Shown: positions 11,839 through 25,227 of the stretch, piece by piece
Layout: each line of letters begins with the position of its first letter
How positions within the stretch are numbered: position 1 is the stretch's first letter
Assembly (NCBI GenBank): GCA_965644295.1
Contig: CBFFRP010000287.1
Span: 63,815-127,814, forward strand
Origin: Paraphysomonas bandaiensis
Taxonomy: Eukaryota; Protista; Chrysophyceae
Direction: 5' to 3'
Length of the DNA: 64,000 nucleotides
Notes under the pieces: generated by a model
What the model saw: only the letters and a program-made list of their open reading frames with translations
The model's database searches: none
What the model was told of the DNA's origin: nothing
Position numbers and translations under genes: made by a program

Positions 11839-12411
11839 GATCAATCTTTAGCTATTGATAGCACTATATCCGTGCGCAATAGAACTTCATTCTGTTCAAT
11901 GGATACAGGAGGCAAGTAAAGATAGTTTCAATATTAATCTTTCGTGTGTGATATAACTTCCAATTCTTTCTAATTAGAGTAACTTAACTCACTCTCTTGG
12001 TAGTTGGTGCAGAGTGTGGAGGCAGTACACCAGGCTCAGTGTGTTGCAATGTTCCATCAAGTCCACGAGAGAGCCGCTGTATGTGATATACACGGCGGTA
12101 TAATAGTTCTACAGTAACAGTACGCTACTTTTGTTGGTGTCGGGTATGCTGAAAATACGAAAGAATACGTCTCTAACTACATATTTAGTCGTTGGTTTCA
12201 GCTGTTGACGTTTTGATAGTGTACTCATTGGAGGCACATGACAAGTATAGTACTCGACCTCTCTTCTAGTAATATCTCTCTCATTGCCGCTGACTAGCTT
12301 CATCCACGCGATAAAGAATTGTTAACGATAATCTGAGTCTTGGTTGAAGCACATCTATTGTCATTTCGTCTCCACCTCTATTCGCTGCAAATATTGGTGA
12401 TCGCTGTTGTC

Positions 12412-13942
12412 ATGAAAGCTGAAAAGTTAGCTCTCTCTATTGACCCTCATCATCCTAACCCTAAGAGTGACACTGGAAAAGTGACTAATGGATCACAATG
12501 CAGTTCTGGTAGTTTAGGTTTGTGTCTATTTTTCCATTTAGCGAATATGTATTAAGTACGTTGCAGACGACTTTCCACTTGGAAGTGCCCCCCTCCTCCA
12601 AAGTGGGGAATACCACACTGAGCACAAATCACAAAGAGGAAAATGGGCTGTGGAAGAGGTATGTTGTATATTATTTTCTGTGGTTGTATTTACTTTGAGC
12701 TATTTACAAGGACAATATCCTGAGAGAGGCTGTGTCTATACATGGGGGTAAGAATTGGAAGAAAATATCTGAGTACCTTGAGGGAAAAACTGACGTTCAA
12801 TGCCTTCACCGCTGGCAAAAAGTTCTCCGACCAGGATTAGTGAAAGGCCCTTGGACCAAGGAGGTGTGTAATTACCCGCAGTGCTAAGGAAATAGTCATT
12901 GCCCATTATGATAGGAGGACGAGCGCGTAACTAATTTGGTGAATAAGTATGGTGTAAAAAGTTGGTCGTTTATTGCTCGACAATTAACAGGACGGCTCGG
13001 TAAACAGTGTCGGGAGAGGTATGCGTACGTATTAATTTCTTTTACTAATATTGTACATGCGGTAGATGGTACAATCATTTAAGCCCCGACATCAACAAGA
13101 ACCCATGGACGCCAGAAGAAGATAAGCTCATAATCGAGGTACGATGTGTACCATTTCTAATATTTTGCCTTATGCTATCACAGGAACATGGAGTCAAGGG
13201 AAATCGTTGGGCTGAAATTGCGAAACTACTTCCCGGGCGTACGGATAATGCCATCAAGAACAGATGGAACGCGACCCTGAAACGCACAACCCAGACTGAA
13301 GTAAACTCATCAGAAGCTGGAGGACCCGAAACTCCAAAGAAGCCAGTGACAAAGAAAAGAACTCGAAGCTCAAGAGTCAGTGGAACTCGTGTCAAAGATT
13401 CATATAGCCAGAGCAAATCTGGTGATCAGTCGCCAGCAAAATTTCTTGGTGACATTTTACCTACTCCGAATATTCAGAAAGACAGCAGTAAACATGAAAG
13501 ATATAGCTTCAGTGTTCCTTCTGATGGCAGCTCAATGGAGGCTCTTTGCATTGCTGCTACAATGGTTGCCGAACAAATTGCTGGCGAGAGTGAAAACAAA
13601 AAAGAGAAGCAGGAATGCGATACTCAAGAGACTGTAGATGACATAGCTGCATCACCTGGTATACTTCGCCGCCATTCTGGTCGAAGCAAACTGGAAATGT
13701 GCAATTTCCCGAAGAAGCGCGACCGAAGAACTCTCGATAATTTGAGAGCAGAAGACCAATCTCAAAACGCTACGACACCGAAGCGCCGTTGTTTAGAAAA
13801 TTCAACAAAAGAGGTGTGGAGTGCTGGTCCGTTGTCAACAAGAACTGCCTTTCAGTCGTCAACATCTTGTATTTCGCCTATAAAGTTATCTCATTCTATT
13901 GCATCGGAGTACGCACGAATAACGCACCCCATGGGGTGCTAA
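12412..13942 (+). CDS. MYB3R: R1R2R3-MYB (MYB3R/c-Myb-like) transcription factor
   Basis: Spliced exons encode [89 protein letters not shown]. Confidence 0.93.
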
Positions 13943-14299
13943 AGAACAAAATCAGAAAGCCAATAAGTAAACAAGATATCCGCGTACTGATGGAGATGCA
14001 TGAGCATTATCTATTTCAGTTTGTATTGTGATAACGGTTTCAAGCGTACAGTGCCATGCATGATAGTGTGCGTAATATGTAATAAAATATGTTGTTGGTT
14101 AGAGAGTGGTTATTTACACAGAGATACAACCTCGTAGCTACCACTAGCCAAGTATATATAGAATTAAGTGTTTTTAAGATATAGTGTCTCCTCTATACTA
14201 TGCAGAAACTGGAAACAACATTAAGCAATGTTCATGCAACTCTATAGCTACTTTTTAACAACTTAAATTATTAGCAGTTAGACATCTGCAACTAGATTC

Positions 14300-14815
14300 A
14301 CCCATTGATGTTGGTACATCCGACTGAATTAGCGACAATGAAAGTGAAGGAACTAATTCCGCACAGCGTGTTCTGGACAGCGCCGAGGTTACCAAGAGAG
14401 CTCGATTTAGTACCCATGAGTCCAACTACCGCAGCTTGCTTCATATCGAAGCATAATCTAGTGTGGTTGAGAGGCTCTTTAGTCGTACAAAGTTGATTAC
14501 GATACCTGAGCGTAGAAACATGAATTCATATCGACTAGAATCGTTGTCATTCCTACGTGCCAATTACATGTAGTGGGATGTTATCACCCTCCATGAAGCC
14601 CTACAAGAAGATCCTGATGTACCAGTCGAGAGCGACAAGAATGATGATGTGTAGTTACAATTCGTAGACTGTTACTTAACTAAATTAGTAATTAAGGGAT
14701 CCCACATTATCTATTATGAGCGGTATTATTTACTTTGATATTAATGGCCATTATAATTGCCGGGTACTGGACTCTGGACTATCAGTAATGGGCCTTTAAT
14801 GCTTACCAAGCCCTG
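14300..14815 (+). mobile_element. hAT transposon 3' remnant (a different subfamily)
   Basis: ~14461-14650 reads VVERLFSRTKLITIPERRNMNSYRLESLSFLRANYM*WD (hAT dimerisation domain with an in-frame stop); ends GCTTACCAAGCCCTG (CAGGG-type TIR). The left boundary is approximate. Confidence 0.75.
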
Positions 14816-15407
14816 CTACGCTGGCAAGAAAAGACTACCTACTGCTTTAGCTAATCACAACTTTCCTCATACTTACCCTCTGAGCTATCATCGGTAACGT
14901 CATCATCACTGAATTTATTCAAAATTAATTGAAGTATGAATGCATCAGGCTTTCAGAAACAACATCATATAAAGTGTAGAGTATATACTATTGAGATTAT
15001 AAGTTTACGGCATTCATAGAGATTCCCAGTGCCGTGATATCGGAATTCTGTCGGGTGGTAGAAATTTTATCAGTCACTTTACTATCCGGTAGGCTTTTGA
15101 CTATTGATACGGGATCTTTTACGTACAACCACTGACGTCGGCTATTAACAAGGCTAAGCTATATGAGCGATAAAGTCGACTGAGCTGCTACTACGTACCA
15201 TAATATTGAGTTCAAGCAGCAAAAATATCTTCATAAAGTATGTCTTATTAGTTACAACCCTATTCTAAACTTTCAACGTAAGTCGTATAATTTCATCACA
15301 CAAGCTCTTACAAGTACAAACTCATATCAATATTTGTACAAATGAATGCACAGGCAAAAATAGACTTAGTTGTTAATTACACTAAATTCTACTGGATGTG
15401 TGGTACT

Positions 15408-15671
15408 TTACAAACCCCAATTTTCCGGGTTACGCTTGGCATCGTACATTGTTAGCTCGGTAACGAGAGATCCCATAAAGATCCCTGCCATTATAGGCAA
15501 TGCTGACTTTCCACTCACCCCTACATTCTTTCTAAATCCAGGATGCTTCATGTGCGCCACATAGACCAGTAATCCCATACTGACAAAAGACGTAAGGGCT
15601 GCAGATAATCCGCGGTCAATTGACATTGTCATGATTTGATTCTGTCTTCTCTTCTCTTCCTCACTTTGCAT
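15408..15671 (-). CDS. Small two-TM protein, ENOD93/HIG1-like (probably mitochondrial inner membrane)
   Basis: 87 aa with two hydrophobic helices separated by HPGFRKNVGVSGKSAL; family assignment by resemblance only. Confidence 0.6.
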   Translation of the reverse strand: MQSEEEKRRQNQIMTMSIDRGLSAALTSFVSMGLLVYVAHMKHPGFRKNVGVSGKSALPIMAGIFMGSLVTELTMYDAKRNPENWGL

Positions 15672-15893
15672 TCTTGATCGTGTGCTAATACAGTTGGTAT
15701 CTAGGGTGTGCTTATCATGATATGGTAGTACGCACAAACGAACGTTGACAGCCTATTGCTTTGTATAATATATGCATAAATGTTTGAGTGAAAAAGAAAA
15801 GCAGAATCATGATATTCTCACATCACACCCACACCTCACCAGCGCAATACATGCGAATACGGCATGGGTATACTCCTCTGGCAAAAAAGGAAA

Positions 15894-15967
15894 TGCTCAA
15901 TCGGGGGCTCGAACCCAGGACCTTAGGTTTATTAGACCTACGCTCTGACCAACTGAGCTAATCGAGC
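15894..15967 (-). tRNA. trnI-AAT: tRNA-Ile (AAT)
   Basis: Reverse complement of the 74-nt cloverleaf at 16322; anticodon arm TAGGT-CT-AAT-AA-ACCTA. Confidence 0.95.
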
Positions 15968-16321
15968 ACTTGACGAAATATTAAAAGAAAATTACATAAT
16001 AAATAGTATACATATTTGCATGCCATTGTACAATTGGAAAAACCGAGGGGATATAAGAAGGCCACTAAAATATAGTGTGACAAACGACTAAACGACGCAA
16101 AAAAATGTCTTCCTGAGCATGAAAAGCAGGAAATATAGGAGGACAAAAGACAGAAACCTAACACAAAAACAATTTTGCTTAAAAAAATGTCTTTTCTCCT
16201 TTTGTACAGATGGTGTAATAATATAATATATAAGAGTGATACCAGTCGTGCCAATCAATCCCCTTACCATGTAAAATGTATGTACTACATATTATACACT
16301 ATTTCCGTTGCGAAACTGTGT

Positions 16322-16395
16322 GCTCGATTAGCTCAGTTGGTCAGAGCGTAGGTCTAATAAACCTAAGGTCCTGGGTTCGAGCCCCCGATTGAGCA
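16322..16395 (+). tRNA. trnI-AAT: tRNA-Ile (AAT)
   Basis: GCTCGATTAGCTCAGTTGGTCAGAGCG..GGTTCGAGCCC..ATTGAGCA with A and B boxes and a downstream T-run terminator. Confidence 0.95.
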
Positions 16396-16487
16396 CTCTT
16401 TTTATTTCTGTTTTCTATAGATTTGCTCTTTCGTAGATTGTATGTATACTATCTATTACATAATTTTTATATAATATTTCGTCAAGT

Positions 16488-16561
16488 GCTCGATTAGCTC
16501 AGTTGGTCAGAGCGTAGGTCTAATAAACCTAAGGTCCTGGGTTCGAGCCCCCGATTGAGCA
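16488..16561 (+). tRNA. trnI-AAT: tRNA-Ile (AAT)
   Basis: Identical 74-nt copy followed by a T-run. Confidence 0.95.
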
Positions 16562-16867
16562 TTTCTTTTTTTCGCAAATATCGCTATTGTATTATTTTGT
16601 ATAAATACCGCGGTGTATTCTGATGTAAATATATAGCGATGTGTTCAATAATGGTGTGGTTGTTTTAAAATAGGTCGTCGGTTGACAGCCACTTGTATTA
16701 TTTTAATACACTTAGAAGCGGCTGCAGTGTAATTGCAATACACTTTCTCATTAGCTCCTTTGTATCTCACGTCTATTTCATTGCAGTACATATCGCTGTA
16801 TTGTGTGTCAGCTTCTCACCTCACTTTGATTAGCGAATATCCAGCAGCACCTTATACAGTTGTGAAT

Positions 16868-18304
16868 ATGGCTAACAACGAACGTGGCCTGCAGAACAAA
16901 GCCTCCGGTACTTTTACCGAGATATTTATTACGTGTTTTTGACCCATGTTTCAGATACTTCCAGACAATTTTGGGAGGGAGGAGAATTTCCTATGGTACT
17001 GCGTATTTCTTTAATCATGAATATTACAGAAGAATTGTTTATGTTTGTGAAATACATACCCACTGTTGATATATTCTTTTATTTCAATCATTTTTACACT
17101 GATTGTAGCTCTGCGAAAGTTGTTTGGGAGACAATCCTTACCTCAGAATGCAAAAGCAAACCTTTGGTGGCAATTGCAAAATGTGCGACCGACCTTTTAC
17201 TATTTTCCGCTGGTAGGTTACATATGTAGACTGTATGGCAAACTCACTTAGTAGTAACATCAATTCCCATTTATTTCGTGCAATGGAAGGCCTGCTATTT
17301 CCCACCATTGTAGACTTCCGCGTATTTGCTTGCTATACATATATTTGCATTCTCTTCGTAAGTTCAGTTTATATAACCAGGCGCCCTGGACGAGGAGAAG
17401 GTTACCGTAAAACTGAAGTTTGCCAAACATGTTCGAAAATCAAGAATCTCTGCCAAACGTGTATACTGGACTTACAGTTTGGTATGTATGAATGTGTAAT
17501 GATATCCAGTAACTATTCCAGAGTGTGGTCTTTGTAATTTCAAACCGTGATTTGCTGGTGTTCTTACTAGCATCTCTTGTCTGTAGGCCTTCCATCTCAG
17601 CTGCGTGATGCGGTTCTGTCTCAAACAGATGGCACACTTGTAGTCCCCGAGAGTGATGCTAACAGAGAATACTTCGCACAGCAGCATAATCAGCAATTGG
17701 CAGCCGGAAATGATCCCTGGCAGTCAGGGGAAACTCCCAATGAAAAGCTCCTCAAAATTGTGCGGTCTATTGGAGAAGATCGAGACGTAGGGAGCCGAGT
17801 AAAGCTTTCTGTGGTGGCGGGAAAGAGACATCACGAGTAGGGAACTTATCTGTTCTGTATTTCACATTGCACAGTTTACCTTGCAGATAAGACAATGCCA
17901 TTAAGGGTGCTATGATGTCATATTCAATATACGCGTATATAGTCACATAGTGTACTGTTTTGTTATATGCTTTTGACGTTGTATATATTACTCTGTGTAG
18001 TGATGTGAACAACTATGCCCGGACTGCTGAGGGGGGGGACGAGAGCAGGGAGAACAACCCTACAGAACGGCAACAGTCTGACTCATCTGCTAATGATACT
18101 GACATCATGCCACCACCAGGAATGACTATCGAGGACGTAAAAAAGTTAGGGTTACCCAGTTCATCTTCAGCATCATCTAGTTCGAGTGGAAAGCCAAAAC
18201 CAAAACCACCGAAGCCCGCTGGGCCACCTCCAGAATGGGCTTTTAAACAAAAGAAACAAAAAACTGGAGATGTTAAAACAGATGTGGTCCCAGAGAACGC
18301 ATAA
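16868..18304 (+). CDS. RBM22/Slt11(Ecm2)-like splicing factor, N-terminal zinc-finger module only
   Basis: Spliced [68 protein letters not shown] is the RBM22 N-terminal signature; the C-terminus is Pro/Ser/Lys-rich. Confidence 0.85.
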
Positions 18305-19467
18305 GGGTAGATGCAAAATAGCCCTTTATATCAGTAATAGTATGGGGTTTCAATTTTATAGATGATATTTTGATAGTGGTGTGAGAGTAGTGTTGAAATG
18401 TTTTCTTCATATACTTATTCAGTAAAACTGATGCTTGGCTAATGTAGCTACTAAGAAAAATAACAATGATATAATCCTAGGAACAGTATTTTCTCAGAGA
18501 AAAGAAAAACGACTACAAGTGAGCTATTATACGCTTGCACATGTCGTGTACCGCCTGGATACATGATATTTAATTTTTTGTGCTCAATATTGATCATAAG
18601 CGAACTAGAGAGTAAAGTATATTTTCTTGGTAGTGTGCTTTCGTATAATAATTAATTAATAGTATCACAAGAGTTATTCATATAAGTTGCGTTGGTTGCA
18701 TAAGTTGCGTTCTTACGCTTTCTGTCTTGTGGGTGAGAAGTTGAGAGTGCTTTAAGATTCATTTAAGCACTTCATGCTAAGATAAACAATAATAATTCCA
18801 GCAGTCTACATGTCACAAAAATGTTTCATTAGCATTATAGGCACTCTATAATGCTACGTAAAACAATGCAAATAATTGCATGAAAAGTTGCACTGCCAAA
18901 AGTTTCATTAAATCCTTGCAACTCTCAGAAGTACAAGTTGTTTCCCTTTACTGGACTCGATTCATACTTATAGCTCCTGTATTTCCAATATTTCTCGTTT
19001 GCACGAAGAATTTGATACTAGAATGGAACTCCCTCTATTTCGTGAAGGACTTTATCGCCGCTCTCTTTCCTTCAGCTCATTTTATCACTTTCTACATATC
19101 CTGGGTAACATTCTTGGTACATCTTCGATGACCATTTTGTCCTCTTTAAAAGCTTGTGTGTATACTGCTGTATGTCCCCTCACTCCTCGTATGTCTGTAC
19201 GTTGGAAATATCACCCTTTTTTCGTTGTTAGTGAAATATATTACTATAAAAAACTCGAGTTTTCGCCTGGTCGATATCTTCCAGTATACAGCATAATAGG
19301 AGGAATATACAGCAGTCCTTGACACTTGGAATACAGTGATTCTTGTGGTATACTGCACTGTACATATGTAACTATCATCTTCTGTGGATTTCAATTTCTT
19401 CAATACAATACTGAAATAGAATAGACAAGGAAAGAGTGTTTCCAATCAATGAGAAGATAAATTGAAC

Positions 19468-22400
19468 ATGGACCGCGCTCATGAAATGCCTAACTTCGAT
19501 CGAGTACGTGAGAATTTCTTGAAAAGAGTAGAGAGCGGGCTGGCGTCTCGCAATATGTCAGCCTCTCATAATCACACCTCACGAGCTAAAAATTTATTCG
19601 TTATGGTAAATATAATGAATGAATATATCATTATGATAATGTCATATTTCTCTATTAGAGTGTGATGAGTCTGGGGTATTTATCGACAGATATAGATAGG
19701 GAGATCTTTCAGTATGCGTCGAGGTTTGGACCGGAGTTGGATGGATTGGAGACTACCCTGGAGTTTATGGAGTACTTATTTGAGCATCTTAATGAGGTAT
19801 GAGCTCAATAGCATTGATTGTGCGATTTTGATTATAAAGACTATGTGCTTCATGCCACACTTCTTAAGTTTCCATACATTTTCACGGTTTATCGAACTGA
19901 TGCAGGAGCACCCTTCAAACCCTACTAATTTCCCGTGCCTGAATCCCAAGAGCGAGAAACCTTTTGACTGGCCGTTGGTGGATATGGCGGACTATGAGTT
20001 TGGGTCATCTGCAACTACGGAAAGAAGAGATATGAAATGTGTCGTTGTGGTTACAGGATTGCCACCTCTGCATACGAAATGGTAACTTGTTGGTGTGTGT
20101 GCTTGGTGACTGGTAATCTTGATTCTACAATGGTTTTTACTATGTGTAGTATGTACACTTCATTAAATAAGTGTTACCATTATATTTACGTTTCTATTTT
20201 AGGGTCAGTCGTATGAAGGATTTCATTTCTCATCTTTTCCTTCGTAATATCGGACAGGTAATGCGAAGCATTATAAGCCGTACGAATGCTTATTAGCGGT
20301 CTGAGGCGGTTCTCCACTGCACGCTTAAGATAATTACTCCTTGTATTGTAGGTCAAGTCAGTGTGCCTTCCTCTTGATTCTAGTGTGAGACGTGTGAAGG
20401 GCATCGGCTTCATAGAGATGGCCACAGTATCCCAGGCGTGGCACGTCTACGAGGCATTAGATCATTTCTGTTGGCCGCTTGGGTGTGGAAAAGCAACGAC
20501 TGTTTTGCAGGCGGTGAACTGCACTGACAGCAATATGCATGCATTGTAAGTGGATATTGAAGTAGATGTCGAGCACGGTTCGAATACTCAATTGGTTGTT
20601 ATCATATGGAGTATTACGCTTTCTTTTATGTATTTCCTTTTTTATGTACCCATCCAATTGGCTATCGAGTATGTAGTTGTAGCGTTTATATTGTTGTGTA
20701 GCAACGACATCAGGGTATGGTTTGACTGAATATGATGTGTGCAGGTGGAAAGTACAGATGTTTAAGAACTATGGCCGCACAGAGTTACGGCCATCTCAAT
20801 TTTTGGCTAACACAGTCAGTACTACCATGAATCAGCGTCCTAAACCACGTAACTCCTCGAAAAAACGGACTAAAGATGGAGTTGGCGGGTCGTTACAATC
20901 ACTGTCCCCTGGTAACTCAAGACCAGGTAATAGTCATGTATTGCTGAGTTGTGTGTCTGACCTCATAAGTATCCGTGGTGTGTATGATTCATGTGTTATG
21001 TCATACAGATAGAGATTGTCAGCGACTGCAAGTTCATATTGCAAGCCACCCACCGAATTGCGACCCGTCAACAGACAACATGGATGAAAGAGTCAACATT
21101 TCTGCATCACAACTATTACGCGCAGCACTCAAGTTTACAAAAGCCGAAAATTTGTCTGACAACAATGTGGTAAGTATGAAAAATAAATGGTTGTCACGTC
21201 GAAGATTGTGTATCTTTTGTGATAAGACAGCAGCGCAGTGTATGTATGACATGCGATTTGTATGAAGTTAATTGTACAGAGTGGCGTTGTGATTGATGAA
21301 TGTTCGCAGTGTATCTCCAGTGATAGATATCAACATGTCGGCGTGTCTAATGTCGAGGTCACGAAATCAGAACAAGTAGAAGACACTGATATGGTCAACA
21401 TGGGGCATCTTGAGCGGTCATTACAATCTTCCGATTCAAATTCAAGTGTAGACAGCGAGACTGAGTCAGACAATGTGTCCCAAAACTACTCTGCACCTAT
21501 TGGAATAAGTCACGAAGTAGGAACGACTAGAAGTCAAGGTGAAAAGTTGAAAGGACGATATGTGTCTCTTCAAGAGACGAACAGTGATGACAATGATGAA
21601 GTGCGAGAATTTGGTAAGATATACATTTGGCGCATAGTCTGGTAGCCACCCGGACAGTGAGTAATCTATGTTATGATTGCTACATGTATGTACTCATAGG
21701 TTCCATCTTACTAGAAACAGTGCGATGCGTATTTGATATGGCATTGCATGCGAAAGCAATACACACTACTCTAATAATATGGTATAGATGACAACGCCTA
21801 TACAGCGGATGAATTTTACGTTGATAATGTCGAAGGGGATGACTCGAGTGTAGAAGGTAAACACTTGATACATTGATATGCACACTGCACACTGTTGACC
21901 TACCAATAACCGAAGCTGGTAGAGGATGTTGTGTATTTTAAACATGCTTATAGTATTGGATTTGTGTATGGTATTGGTTTTTCTTCGGTAGTTCGTACAA
22001 GATGATCTTTTTTTCGAAACTCTGATCAAATGTACTATATATTCCGAGTTTGATATGGTGATGTTTTACTGCTTCCTTGTAGAGATTATGAGTGACAATA
22101 GCAAGCGCCAACTTGCGGATGAGCTTAAGCAGAAAGTGTCTGATCTGGTGCAGTCTATGAACACTCTTCGATCCAACTTAATTACGGCCATGGGCGGGGG
22201 ATATATATGTCGTCGCCACAATGGAAGTTCAAGTTTTGATGAAGCATGGGTAAAAGCAGATGTACGTTCAGCTATTTTACATATTTAGTCGTCACGTATC
22301 ATCTGTGTAATGGAACTACGTTTTAAAATAACCGTTTGATATCACATATGATGTGATACGTATGTCGAAAATAACGCATCTGCAGGCTGATATCCAGCGC

Positions 22401-24679
22401 GCGTTAGAAAAGAACCAGCTGTCCTTGCTATTGCAGGCTGAGCAGGGCTATACTGAGGTACATTTTTGTCAGTATATTTGTCAGTTGATTTTATAGTACC
22501 ATCATATTTATGAGATGTCTTGCATATGTTGCGGGTATTGCGTCGCGGTATCGCAACTGTATTATAGCACTGCACCAGACTTCTGCGTACATCAAACGAA
22601 TTAATGCTGCAACACGATTACATATTTTTTGTTGTCGATTGTATGTGTTGTTCACGATTTGTGGTGTGTATGTCTATTAGTCGTTACAGCTATGGTTACC
22701 AGAGGAGGAGCAAGGGACAGATCGTAGCAATGACTCTTGCGTACCTGATGATGTAAGTGAACTTCAGTATATTTATGGGGTGTCGGCTTCTGTTTAGAGT
22801 CATATGCACAGCTTTTGCAGTACATTATACTTAATTTATACGCCGTGGTATAGTATATAGACAATAGTTCTAAGTTTTTTAATGTTTGTTCTCATTGCAC
22901 AATTGCACAGGGTGCTCATGATGTTCCCCTGAGTACGCTGTCATACATTCTTCGACAAGCAACTTCAAACGTTCCAGTATCTTGTGATTTTAGTACTATG
23001 ACGTCAGGATCGAGGAGTGTGGCTGAAATTCATGTGAGTTTACACACGTGTTTGTTATGTATGGCTAATTTTGCTGCGAACTACCTGAAGGTGATGATAT
23101 CGACTTTAAGAACATTGGCTTTAACAGGTATTTTAGGCATTGCTCAATTTGTGTAATGTGTGAAACGAAGATTACATGTTCTGATGGCCTTAGTCTCTAT
23201 TAGTTTGCATTCCTGGACAATATTTTGTAAAAGTCTCATCGAATATGTTTCTTACTTTAACGTAGGGTGGATTCGACGGTCTGAACAACGTATGTCTGCT
23301 CTGAGAAGATTGTATCACGACAAAGCAGGTGGTGATACACTCGAGTTGTAAATATATAGCTCTGTCGATTTGGCAGTGCCAGTTACTGTGCAGTCTGTAT
23401 GTTTAGGTGTGCTTGCTATATGTTCTATTTTGGTATACATTTTTATATAAATCACGACGGATAATCGTTCATACCTGTGCGCGCATAGCTCGAGCAGTAG
23501 AGTGTGAGGACCAGCTAGTGGAAGCGCTGGAGAAAACTCGGAAGTATACGGTACGGTGTGCTCAAATAGACGTGCTGTACTTGTGTGTTGTCATTTTTTA
23601 CTGCTGATCGACCTTTGCCGCACTCCTATATATAATTTTAGTACTACATACACCATTCGCAGTCTAATAGCTCATATACTTCAGAGCCAAATGAATCAAC
23701 TACAAGGACGAATCAATGAGCTACAAGAAAGCTTATCATATCACCGCGTAGCTGCGGATAGGATAAGGTATAATTACAAGATATGTAATACCGAAGATGA
23801 ATGTACATTCTGTCTACCTCAGTACACATCGTAGTGCGGAACAATTAATAAATCGTGTCAGTGTGTGTACTTTGCTGTATGCGTAAAACAGTGTTGTGTC
23901 GAACAGTATATAGCATATTGATATGGCGCTTTATTCGTTAATGTATCATTGACTGTGACTTTCATTTCACTCGTGTATATGAACACAACTGCACAGAGCT
24001 CTAGAGTGTATGTTGGCATCAGCTGAACAAGAACGATCTGCTGCAGTAGTATCACTTCAAGATGCGGAAAGAAGACTAAAACATACTCAGACACTTGCTA
24101 GTCAACAATCTGGCAAAAATCAGTCCAAAGGAAGAAATGCTAGTATGATAGACAATCGAGGAGAAGGTGATACGATGAAACTTGTTGACGATGTTAGCCA
24201 AACTACATTGTCAGAGTGGGAGGCATGCTCTTTGGAGAAGGTATTGCGCGAATAGTAGTATGGGAAATGTTGTGGGCTAGTATTGATGTTTCGTTGGTCA
24301 TTTAATTTCCACAGCCTTGACTTATATATTATGTTTGTATTGCTGAAATATTAGTATTTTTGTCGCCCGATATGTATAACACTTCTATTAATAGCTAAAC
24401 AAGGCACAGTTGTCGCTTGAGTCCACCCTCATGAATGTAAAACTCGCGAAAGAGCGTGTGAATGAGCGACGTCAGAAGGAAATAGAACAAAAACGTGCCC
24501 ATGAATCGGAATATTCTCTATGTTGCATTTGCCGAGACAGCCCAAAGACAATTCTGCTTTTGCCATGCAAACATCTCTGTGTGTGTGAGTCCTGCTCTAA
24601 AACGATGGCTAGTCGCAGAGAAGTATCGTGTCCAGTGTGTCGTAGGGGAGTGTCTGACGTCCTACGAGTGTATACGTAG
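19468..24679 (+). CDS. Multi-exon protein with N-terminal RRM, coiled-coil middle and C-terminal C3HC4 RING (probable E3 ligase)
   Basis: RNP2/RNP1-like VVVVTGLP..VKGIGFIEM; RING CCICRDSPKTILLLPCKHLCVCESC..CPVCR. The exons traced (to ~22460) are phase-compatible; the later exon chain was not fully resolved, so this could be two genes. Confidence 0.65.
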
Positions 24680-25227
24680 CAGAGGCCACTGACGATAATG
24701 TCAACAATGACGCTTGTATATCTTCTTTCTATATTTACTACCAAAATGTGTTGTACCCGTAGACTATCATTTTTTCTGTCGCAGTGTTTGTGTTGATAAT
24801 AATATGGTTATAATTATTAGTGAGGTCCTGCTCAATGTTTGTTGGCGACACTTGGTGTTTATCATGGTAATATTGTAGATTAAATTAGTGGTGAAGTGCA
24901 TCACAAAAACACAGCGAAAATAATAAAATCTAGAAGCTACTTTCTTTTTTGTAAATCCATCTTAAGCAGCTATGTGGGTAAATACCAAATACTTTTTGAG
25001 CCTAGTACCCGTGAAAACAGACATACATTGAAATATGACATTAATTTTATAAAAAAGTACCTCGCCCGAATAACATAACAAATAATCCTATTGATTACAA
25101 GACGGGATGATGAATGTAGTAGAATGTATCTTAATTACATTTAACACAAAATGATAGATTTCATACACTTATAGAGATATAATAAAGGTGTGTGCTTTGC
25201 AATATACCACTAATTAATCAAGACTCG

